60,667 bases of DNA from Gracilinanus agilis (Eukaryota). The stretch is taken from the NCBI RefSeq assembly GCF_016433145.1, contig NC_058133.1, positions 456,890,928-456,951,594 on the forward strand, read 5' to 3'. This document shows positions 50,484 to 60,667 of the stretch, piece after piece. A program made the translations under genes and the position numbers. The stretch's first letter is position 1, and each line of letters begins with the position of its first letter. The notes under the pieces were generated by a model that saw only the letters and a program-made list of their open reading frames with translations, was not told where the DNA came from and did not search any database.

Positions 50484-52272
50484 ATTCTGCACACAGTAGA
50501 TGTTAAATAATATTTTTTGAATGAATGAATGGACTAGCATCCCATCATTTTTCTTTTGGCTTCAAATCTTCCAACTATAAGGTAGCTGACTTTACCAAGA
50601 TGGATGGGGAAAAAATCACAGCCTACTAATATGATATGATTTATGATGAGAGAAAACCAGAATAGATAGAAATAGTCATGGGGAACTTTCACTTGAGCGT
50701 TTTTTGGGGAAAGAGTCCTATAAATATAAACTGTAGTAGAAGCAAAATCTAATGCATACAAGCTAGACTATTCTCCCTCCCACTCTTCTCTCTTCTCCTC
50801 CTCTCCCAAAGGCAATGAAATGATCTTAAAACTTAATTGGTCCAAGGGATAAAGTTCTAACTGTTGATTAAGCTTTCTGGTTTACCAATAAGAGAAATAC
50901 AGAAACAGAGAAGCCCCCACCCAACCGAATCAATGTCCCATCTTCGAGGAATATCCTTTCCATGCTAGCGTGAAGTCAACTTCCTTTTATAAATATTACT
51001 TAGGTGATTTATGTCCCATTTCATTCCAATTCCAAGCTGGAACTACCGGAATGGTCTGAATTAGGTCTGGCTTTAGAACATAACTTCCCCCACTGCTTTC
51101 CACCCCACCTTTATCCTTAGTTTCAGCCACCGAGCCATAAATAGGAAAAGAAGCATGCTAACCAGAACAGGGACTATGATGAGGACAGCAATTGAGAAAT
51201 AGGTGACCCAAAATGATTCTGTCTCTATTGTTTTTTTAAACCACTCTTCAAGAACTGTTTATGTGAAGTTCTCTGGAAGAAAGGAATTAGATTAAGCAAG
51301 CTGTCAAGCTCCTTTTCAACTCTAATTTTTTAGAAAATGCCTCAGTTGCAGAGGTCACATGTTCACCAAGATTTAGTGTATTTCCTAACAGCCTGCCGGT
51401 GAGTAATGATTATTTAACGTATTTTGACAGATGATTAAAATTACATTTTAACACTAATTCCTACGAGAAGTCATTTTTAGCTATGGAAGGTAATATGCAC
51501 CATAGCCAATGAATTTACACTGATTAAGTAAATAGCCAACATTTGGTATATACAAAAACAAAACAGAGAGTAGGAGGGGTTGTTTTTGGCTCTTTTGTTG
51601 ATGTTGGGGGGTGGATTTAAGTGAGTAGCTCATTAATGCTAATGGGAGGAGAAGCTGTCAATTCTACATGTAAGGATGGGGAATTGACATCTTAGCTTTT
51701 GAAAATAAGCCATTTGGAAGCAAATGATTGAGTTTGTGGGGTGTATGCTGATTTTCCTGTGTTTTTTGTATTAACCTTGACAAGGTTCTAGAAGCTACAC
51801 TTAATTCTTCTTTACATTTCAGCATCGGCATTTTATTCTGTGCCAGATCATATTCTTGTTTTTTACCATTTGTACCTTTTGCAACTCTCAGGTAGAAGAA
51901 GATCTTTCTTTGTCCTTAATCTCTTTTTCTGACATTCATTCTAGAGATTCTTATAATATCTTCAAGGTCACCCTGAAACACTCCTCCCTTTTAAGTTACT
52001 TTTCTTTTGCTATATTATGAAACACTTCTTTCTATGTATTTATTCTGCAGAGTACATGCCATGATATATCCTCTACAAATTTCACAGAACAATCCTGGGT
52101 CACTTAAGAAAATTATTAAAATAGGTTCTATTTTGTTTCGGAGAGGAAAACAAAAACATTGACCATTCCAAAAAAAAAAAGTTTCTTAATGAATGAGAGA
52201 ACAAAAAAAAGTATTTGATTTTTAACTCATAAAAAAAAAGTCCATATTTCTCAAAAGAATAATTTGATGCAT

Positions 52273-52464
52273 GGGGGGCAGCTGGGTAGCTCAGTGGAGT
52301 GAGAGTCAGGCCTAGAGACAGGAGGTCCTAGGTTCAAACCCGGCCTCAGCCACTTCCCAGCTGTGTGACCCTGGGCAAGTCACTTGACCCCCATTGCCCA
52401 CCCTTACCAATCTTCCACCTATGAGACAATACACCGAAGTACAAGGGTTAAAAAAAAAAGAGAG
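52273..52464 (+). mobile_element. Young SINE1_Mdo-type tRNA-derived CORE SINE with 15-bp TSD
   Basis: ggggcagctgggtagctcagtgg...ggttcaaacc (A/B boxes) and a poly-A tail. TSD agaataatttgatgc at 52256-52270 and 52465-52479. Confidence 0.93.
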
Positions 52465-54800
52465 AGAATAATTTGATGCTGAGAAAACTGAGTCTTCTTT
52501 TGTGAAACTGATCATGATATCCACAGAAAAATATTCCTTCCCAAACCCTCACAGACAAAGTCAATGCTCTTATGCTTTCATAACTCCTCGGTTTACATTG
52601 AATTTCTTTGTACATGTTTTATTTTCAATATACAAGATCACAGCAAATGACAATAAATCAGATATTTTCAATATTTTTTTTTTCTGATAGGCAACAATAT
52701 TATGGAAAAAGGCATCATTTCTATAAGGCCATTATACAATCTCTGCATCATACAAAAGTAGCAAGAATGCAATGTGTATCAGAGCTGTGAAAGCTAAAAC
52801 TTAATTTTCAAAACTCAAGCACTTTCCAGCATAGGAGCTGTTCACAAAGGCAAAAATATGCTTTTCCAAAATCCATCTTAAACTGTTTATTTCCTGAATT
52901 TGGAGAAAGAAAAAAAAAGGATAAAAATGCCTTAGTAAAAATCCAGAACAAGAGTCTCTTCTCTGTGGTTCATTTATCCCTTTAATACCACCTGGATTGG
53001 GGTTTTAATGCACTACTGGATCAGCACGGAGCAATTTCCAGCAGGCAGAGTTGGATGAAAAGGGGGCAGATTAATGGTTATTTATGAAAGACTGGAAACG
53101 ATCCCAAGCTGCAGTGCCCTAAACACTCACAGCGTATGCACGACGTCGAGGCAGAGATTACTAAGCAATTTATCACATATGGGTAATGGCCAGAGCAACT
53201 GCCACCTTCCCAGTCACACTCTCACATGCAGAAATGCACATTCTGAGGCTCTGGGTAGGGGAATGGGGAGGGAGTCTCTGGCTACAATGCAAAAGGAATC
53301 TGTTAAAGATAATAATAGCAGGTGGAGATAGAGGCAAATCTCCACTTCTTTCTATCACAGGGAGGACAACATGGCCCTTTAGCATCAAGCCCTCCAAACC
53401 TCCTTCCCCGTTACTTATTTAAATCCAAAATCAAGCTAAGCTCATAAATTTCTGAAAGGGTCATTAAGTAGGAATCTGCAGAACTTAATAATTTTACTTC
53501 TATTGTCACACAATAGGAATATGTCTGAGTTTATAGCTTTGCTCCTCAAATTTCCTCAAGCAAATGTCTTTGTTTTAGAGACTTCTAAGTGAAAAGCTGA
53601 ATGAGAGTATTACACCTGGAGTCAGGAAGACTTGAGTTCAAATTCAGTCTTAGACTTGTTATGTGACCTTGATCAAATCACTTAAACTCGATCTACCTCT
53701 GTTTCTCAACTGTAAAATGGGCACAATAATAAAATTGAACATCTTTTCAGGAATAATAACTTCACAGAACCATCTGACTCAGATAGTACCTCAGAGGGTT
53801 GTTAGGAAGATCAAGGGAGATATTTGTAAAGCTTTTAGCACATTACTGGACAAAAAGGAAGGGCTAAATAAATGTTTGCTCCTGCCCTCTCTTCTTTGCA
53901 GAGATATTTGATACTTTGGGTATAAAATTTGCATTTATTGTCAAGACAATTGGGTTGACTTTTGCCAAGCATTTCCCCCACTCTTTCTCTAAAAAAAATA
54001 CTCTTTATTATAAGGGATAAGCAAAGGATGGCTTGCTAATGGGCATGAGGGAGTGCTGGTGGCTCATTTATATTTACAAATAAAAGTAACATAAAAGCAA
54101 AAAGGATCAATATTTTAAAAAGAAAATGGCCTCACAGATTGGCTTCTTTTAGTTGAAGTAACTGGGAACATCCACTTTCTTGTAAACATATACAAACTAT
54201 TATGCAACTAATGTCCTAATAAGGTCCTTTGCTATAGTTTAACATTGGGATTCACAGAAGGGCAGATGACAATGATAACATGATTATTATCTGAGAAAGT
54301 AGAAGATGCCACAAGTATTTTTACTTAGAATTAAAAATGAATTTGAGGTACTTGGAAACAATGATGCAGATTAGTTATAGGTTGGGATATTGGCTGGAAT
54401 GCAAGGTTATAATTAGTATAGAGTGAACAGGGCTTTACCCCAAGGCACTAGCATTTACAGAGGATCTGATTCCTTTATTAAATGGCCAACTGTTCCCAGG
54501 ACTAACATGCACACACTCATGGAGGTAAGAGTACTTCCCCTAAGGAGACTGCACCCCCTAGTCCAACCATTCTCTAAATCAGTTGCCTACCAGTCACCTG
54601 GTTTTACCCTAGGTGAGAAAAAAAGAAACTATGGAATTATAGCTGTCCACTGTTAATTCAGTCTCTCCTCATCTTTGCTTTATAAAATTCCTTTAAGGCT
54701 CAGCTCAGTGGCTACCTCCAATACAAAGCTTTTCCTGATCTCATTTATTTATTGATGGTGCTAATTCATCTCTAACTTCTTTCTTTTATTTCTCTCTATG

Positions 54801-55048
54801 CATCATGTGGCACATGGATAGAGTGCTGGAACTAGAGTAAGGAAGCCTCATCTTCCTGAATTCAAATCTGGCCTCTGAACTCTATTAGCTGTGAGACCTT
54901 GGGCAAGTCACTTAATCCCATTTGCCTCAGTTTCCTCATCTGTTAAATGAGCTGTAGAAAGACATGGCAAATCAGCATCTTTGTTAAGAAAACCCCAATT
55001 AGAGATATGAAGAGTTAGACAGGACTGAAAACAACTTAACAACAAAAC
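54801..55048 (+). mobile_element. MAR1
   Basis: ggaagcctcatcttcctgaattcaaatctggcctc...aagaaaacccc...aacaacaaaac. Confidence 0.85.
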
Positions 55049-55069
55049 TATATACATCCTTGTATAGTA

Positions 55070-55280
55070 GCAGCATGGCATTGGGGATAAAGCTCCACCC
55101 TTGAAGCCAAGAAGATCTGAGTTTAAGGCTCACCTCTTACACTTGCAAGACAAATCATCTTGAATAAGTTGTTTAACTTCTCAGTGTTCTAGGCAACATT
55201 CTAAGTTGGTAAGTTGTAGAGAAGGTGTTGCCTCGCTTTGGGATTTTCTGATACTAAGAAATCACAGGTCTGGTCTGTAA
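55070..55280 (+). mobile_element. MdoRep1-like marsupial SINE
   Basis: tRNA-like head, then ctcagtgttctaggcaacattctaag...aagttgtagagaagg...gaaatcacaggtctg. Confidence 0.6.
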
Positions 55281-56202
55281 TTTCCTGGCACACAGTAAGA
55301 ATTTAATAAATTCTTCTTAACTGACTGGCTAGCCTAAACCTATTAGTGCTGTATCCTTCCAGGAGGATATAAACTCCTTGTTTCATTTTTTTCTTTGTGG
55401 GCTGATAGCTCAGCATATAGTAGGTGTTTAATAAATATCTCTTGAATTGAGTTGAAGGTTTTATGCCAACTACAGTTCAGAATTTAGCTGAATGATACTT
55501 AAAAGTGCCTCATGCAATATTAATCCTGTTGGTGCCCCATAATTATGGCTGACTGGCTGATTGGTTGCGGAGAAATTTAATCAGTATTTGCCATCATAAA
55601 ATACTTTCAGACTCATGATTAAAAATATTACCATTCGTAATATTACCTGTATTGAAATTTGCAACCAACTGTTTACCTCTGGGAGCTCTGCTGGACTGCA
55701 AAAAGCCCATAACCATGGCTCATAAACTGAGCTTATAATGACCAGTACTTGACTTCCACATTTAAAAAAAGGAATATATGGGAAAATCCTGATTAACCAG
55801 AATTGTTCAGAGATTGAACATTTTGGTCACTAAATTTTCTGAAAAAAAAAAAAAAAAGAATGACCAGAAAAGCAGATTTCTTTGAGCCCCTGAGGAAAGA
55901 TCTAAATTTTTTCAGCAAACTTTTTTTAGTCTTGGCAAATAGTGGAGATGGGATACAATGAAATTTTGAAGTTGCATGATTCTGTGATTAAAGCAGTGAT
56001 TAAGCTAAACTGTATTTTAAAATCCATTAGCTTTCCAGGGCATCTAAATATTTCCAGGCAGTTGGGTCAGGAAATACATGATTAAAAAGACACTGTTATT
56101 TGTATGTGATCTAATGAGTTGGCTGCCTTAGAGTCACAGCTATTTAATTCTACAAAAGGAAATGTATTATCTGTGTGACATAAGGGTTGTTTAGTATAAG
56201 TT

Positions 56203-56249
56203 TCATTCATTCATTCATTCATTCATTCATTCATTCATTCATTCATTCA
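56203..56249. repeat. (ATTC)n microsatellite
   Basis: Direct tandem array. Confidence 0.97.
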
Positions 56250-57689
56250 CCCACCGATCAAGAACCCTGATTGCCCTATATGTATTATGTTTAGAACTAT
56301 TTATAGTACGTGGATACACTGAGTAGCTAGACAGAAATGAAAAATGGAAAAGATTGATCTAATCTCAAGTTATTTTTCCTACCAAATTAAACCCAGATTG
56401 AAAATCCTATTCATGCCAATTTCAGTTGGTCATCCCAATGATGTGAAGTTATTATTATTATTGCTGGAGAGGTGTGCAATTGTATTCATTATTTCTTTAT
56501 TTTTTTAAGTCTAAATCACTAATGGTCAAGGAGAAAAGAGAAAATAAAAAACATTTTTTAGACTTTTACATTTTATTAGCAGAACCACTCCATTTTATCC
56601 TTAATGAAACTGATAATATTTGTATGTGTGTCAGAGTGCAACCCCCTTAAAGAAGGAATACTATGCTTAACATTTTTCCTGTATCAAGGACTCAAAAGTA
56701 AAAGTCACTAACAAAAAATCTTGAAAAAAAGTGAAAAAATTGATTAGGACCTCATTCTGTCTGCCATCAAGTAACCAAGTAACCAACTCCCCATAGTACA
56801 ATCTATACATTTGGAAACATTTTGAGAATTCAAATCATGTTTTATTGGGTCAAAGCCAATTGGAAACCAACTAGGGAGAATGATTCCCATAGGGCTTTAT
56901 TAATTCCTATTATCTTCTTTAATCATCCCTTGAAGTTTCCCATCCACTATCATCTTCATGAACTCTCTTTTTTTCCCTTTCCTATAAATGGGGGGGGGGG
57001 GGTGCTGATTTAACTCATTATTTCTTTGTTAATGTCCATTAAATTAAAAGTAACGTAATCATAGGACATGTTCAGTCAAAGTAAATTCCTTCCTTCCTTT
57101 CATAGCTCATAATGCTTATACTCCTCATTTCAAACTTGTTTTTTGTTCCTGTCTATATTACACAAGGAGTTGGCAATGAATGGGTGGCTAGGGGGAAGGA
57201 AATTCAAAGCAAGAACAATTTGCACTGAGCAATGCATTAAGGCTTTTTGAGTTAAAAAAATGAAATGGGTATTTGTTGTTTATAGTACTAGCAAGAAAGA
57301 TATCATTATTGTCATCATCATCATCATCATCACTGGTATTTATATAGCCCTTAGTTTGCAAAATGCTTACAAATATTATTTCATATTTATCCCCACAATA
57401 ATCCTATAGATTTAGATCCTATTATTATTCTAATTATACAAATGAGTAACTGAGTCAAATTGAAGTTAAGTGACTTGACTTTAAGTGTTCAGGCCAGTTT
57501 TAAACTTGAGTCTTCCTGATATCAGGTCTAATACTTAATCCACTGAGCCACCTAGTTGACTAAAATATGAATTGTATTCCATAAAGAAATGCTCAAGTTT
57601 TAGAAATCTGAACTGCAATGTGGGAATATACAATATTTTTCTTTTTTTAAAACCAATAAGTCTTATCCTTATGGGAGCATTAGAGAGAC

Positions 57690-57945
57690 CCAGTATAGTA
57701 GAGAGTGCATTACCCCAAAAGACCTGTAGACAATAAATAGGGCAAAATACATCAGAAAGAACATGTATAATTATAAAAGGAAGTGTTTTGGTCACATAGT
57801 AAAAGCAAAGAATAATTATGAACAAAGTATTTTCTTGATATCCATGAAACAAGGAAAAGACCAAGAAGAAGGCATCTATCACATTGCACATTGGGAGGGT
57901 CCTTTATGAAGATGCATGGGAGGACATGGGCACAAATCCCATAGT
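57690..57945 (+). mobile_element. Old RTE LINE 3' fragment
   Basis: ggtcacatagtaaaagcaaagaataa...gatatcca...gaccaagaagaaggcatct...gggaggacatgg. Confidence 0.6.
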
Positions 57946-57949
57946 ATGT

Positions 57950-58560
57950 CAATCACAAGAATTTGGGAGCTAGAAGAAAATTCAGCAACCATCTAGGCCA
58001 ACCTATTTCGAAAAGGAATTCATACTATAAAATACATTTAAATGGCCACCCATCTCTATCTGAAAACCATCAGTGAAGAGAAATCCAACTCTACTCCATC
58101 TCAAGGGATAAGATTCCACTTTTATATGGATCTACTTATTAAGAAGTTGTTTCTGACATCAAGTTTAAATTCACTACTTTCCAACTTTCACCGATTGTTC
58201 CTGATTTAATCTGGGGCAAAACTAATTCAGGCCTTTCTAATAGTCTCAAATACTTCAAGATTTCTCCCTGAGACTTCCAGGTAAATATACAACTAAGTAC
58301 CCAGCTGAATATTCCCAGTTCCTTCAAATGAGCCACATAAGACAGGGATTCAAGGCCATACACTTTTCTATTTAGCCTTCTTCTAAGGATACTCTGCAGC
58401 TTCTAAGTGGTTATGCCCAGATCTAGACACAACATTCTAAGCGATGTGATATGACCAGAAAATAGTACCGAGGTACTATGTCTCTTTTTCTAGAAGTAGC
58501 TCACGATAAAGGACAAGATTGCATTATATCATACTGCTGGCTCATATTGAGGATTAAGTC
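57950..58560 (-). mobile_element. L3/CR1 LINE 3' fragment
   Basis: attcccagttccttcaaatgagccacataagacagggattcaaggcc...tgcccagatctagacacaacattctaa. Confidence 0.7.
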
Positions 58561-58593
58561 CATGAACACTCACAGATTGTTTTCTAATTGCCT

Positions 58594-58778
58594 TTTTTTT
58601 TTAAACCCTTAACTTCTGTGTATTGGCTCCCTGGTGGAAGAGTGGTAAGGGTAGGCAATGGGGGTCAAGTGACTTGCCCAGGGTCACACAGCTGGGAAGT
58701 GTCTAAGGCCGGATTTGAACCTAGGACCTCCCGTCTCTAGGCCTGACTCTCAATCCACTGAGCTACCCAGATGCCCCC
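58594..58778 (-). mobile_element. Young SINE1_Mdo-type SINE with ~12-bp TSD, inserted in an L3 fragment
   Basis: Reverse complement is ~90% similar to the 52.3-kb copy. TSD ttctaattgcct at 58582-58593 and 58779-58790. Confidence 0.93.
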
Positions 58779-58949
58779 TTCTAATTGCCTTCTAATCATG
58801 CCACCAGCACGCATGAAATGATTTCAATGTGCATTGGAAGGGATTATACTCAGAGTCACCATCTTACTGAAGGATTGATACCAGTTTACAAAGTGTAATG
58901 CTAATCTTATGCTGTCTCAGTTTTCTCAAGATATTTTTCTTCTTTGATT

Positions 58950-59350
58950 CAGTGTGCAATAGAATATAACAAACATTTATTATATGGCAGGGGACACAAA
59001 TAAGAAAAAGTCCCTGCTCTCAAAGACCTTTTAATCTAACAAGGGAGACAACACACAAAAGGAAGCTGAGGGGAGGAGGGGGCAGAGAAAAGGTATCCAG
59101 AGCAGTGGTATGATGACAGTGGAGTCCAAGCCAAGAAGTGAAGCTGGTGGGAAATAAAGAGTTTCTGGACTTCTGAGCTCTCTCTAATGAAGGCTTAAGG
59201 AGAAGTTTTTTGCTCCAGCCATCAGCCTTCCAATCAGAAGGGCAGTTTTCTTTCCACTGCATGAGAACACTATTGTACTCTTCACCAAAGTTCTTCAGAT
59301 CTACCCACATTACTAAGATTTTCCTTATCACTGCAAGGATTTTGCTTTTG
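58950..59350 (-). mobile_element. L2 3' fragment
   Basis: aaacatttattatat...gtccctgctctcaaagaccttttaatctaacaagggagacaac. Confidence 0.7.
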
Positions 59351-59404
59351 CATAGGATAAAGGATATTCACGTCTCTGAGAAAAGAAGAGAATACCTTTA
59401 ACCT

Positions 59405-59945
59405 TGTTACAGATCAAAAAGGCAAGTCCCATTTATGTCTTTACATTCCTACAATATACCTACTTTATGTTCAATTTGTTTATTGGTATCCTTGGTTACT
59501 TACGGGTGAAACGACTTAAATTCTTCTAAAGGAGAGGCAGAAATTACTTAAATTGTTCTCATAGAGGAACAGATAGAGGGAAGGGGAGGAGAAGTTGTGA
59601 AGAGGAAGGAATAACATGTAGGGATTTGTGTGCTGTACTTTGCCCATGTAGGTTATCTGTGTCCACATGGGTCTATCTAGATGTGTCTTGCTGGAAGTCA
59701 TGAAGAGGTATCTCTAGAGTTTCCTTCACTAAACCTTCTCCAAGGGAGGCTCTGATTCTTGACAGGAGGAGAGCAGCAGGTTGGTCTATTCTCAGAGAGG
59801 AGTGATACCAGACCAAAATCTTATTATCCATCACACCTAAATACTATTAATCTAGGGGTGATAATTTTTTAGGTTCAATCTATAATATTTCTGTATAATA
59901 TTTCTCACTAATGAGGAGTGTCCCCAAGTTATTATTCTGATTATA
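59405..59945 (-). mobile_element. Probable solo LTR (right boundary uncertain: 59833 or 59945)
   Basis: Starts TGTTACA and ends gattata (decayed gattaca). Minus-strand AATAAA near the U5 end, GC-richer U3-like body. No clean TSD. Confidence 0.5.
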
Positions 59946-60575
59946 TGAATTGTGTTCCATAAAGAAATGCTCAAGTCATAGAAATCTAAACTGCAGTGTG
60001 AAATATACAATATTTTTCTTTTTTTTAAACCAATAAGTCCTATCCTTATGGGGACATTAGAGAGACCCAGCATAGTAGAGAGTACATTACCCATAGAAGA
60101 TCATATCTTTCTATCTCTCTATTAAAAATCCATATAAGGAATGAAAGCCTGATCATAGAGCAAAAAACAATTTGCTTGTTTTTGTGTTGTATTTGAGTTA
60201 AGTAAAATGTACACGAAGCTGCCAACAAGAAACTATGATTATGTAAGTGATTATTTGTTTATACTTTTAGTTGGGGTAGGGAAGGGGAGATAGGTATAAT
60301 TTTTGCATTATCTCCTTGATTTCTATAATATAAATTTTTTTCTTTCTATCAGGTTAAATCCCTTGGTACCATAACTCTATTTTGTGCTTTTGTAAAAAGA
60401 ATTTTAAAGTCAACAGATTTCTGATGATTTAGGAAGCTACTCATGGAGTAATGACTCTGTGTGATAGTGATCCCTAATAAATACTGTGCTTTCACCTGCA
60501 CTTGGTAGCCAAACTGGCAGCTTTCTGTATTACATTTATTTACCTTCAAAATGATTTTATTTAGCTTTCAAGGTG

Positions 60576-60667
60576 AGGAGGGAGAGAGGGAAAGGAAGAA
60601 AGGGGGAGAGGGAAAGTGAGAAACGGGGAGAGGGAGAGAGAGGGAGGGAGAGGGAGGGAAGGAGAGG
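60576..60667. repeat. Polypurine (GA/GGA/GGGA)n tract
   Basis: Nearly pure purine run to the window end. Confidence 0.92.

Noticed and set aside
51360-51386. + strand acceptor and donor only 7 nt apart (cctaacag|cctgccg|gtgagt)
   Set aside because: Not frame-preserving, very short and antisense; most likely chance.
47587-60667. Search for VAV3 exon 20 (GLPKMQVIRNY...FWQ)
   Set aside because: Not found in the window. It is expected further upstream beyond 60667.
1-60667. CRISPR arrays, rRNA/tRNA genes, operon-like or defence systems
   Set aside because: No regularly spaced repeat-spacer arrays or intact RNA genes. This is eukaryotic intronic DNA, and the tRNA-like A/B boxes belong to SINE heads.

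Overview
AT-rich, CpG-poor, repeat-dense marsupial DNA, very probably the opossum Monodelphis domestica (two young SINE1_Mdo-type SINEs, many MAR1/MIR, L2, L3/CR1, RTE, old L1). The whole window lies inside the 3' part of VAV3 (Rho/Rac GEF) on the minus strand. Six constitutive coding exons are readable with GT-AG boundaries and consistent phases (exons 21-26 by the human numbering as I recall it: end of the N-terminal SH3, SH2, C-terminal SH3). Exon 24 is partly lost in an N gap, and exon 20 and the terminal exon fall outside the window. The best finding is an extra in-frame 87-nt cassette exon (4001-4087) between the SH2- and cSH3-coding exons. It encodes SPSLFCGFSFVTPPPDYSFVPPSSTPFWSV, carries a PPxY WW-domain ligand motif and resembles the VAV2 alternative insert. 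Other points: two degenerate 7SL (SRP RNA)-derived retrocopies, an ERV 5' LTR with a primer-binding site, solo LTRs, nested hAT MITE/LINE insertions, three small local duplications and several repeat-free candidate enhancers. There are no prokaryote-type systems (no CRISPR, no operons). Repeat family names and human/paralogue comparisons are from memory and need RepeatMasker/BLAST confirmation.
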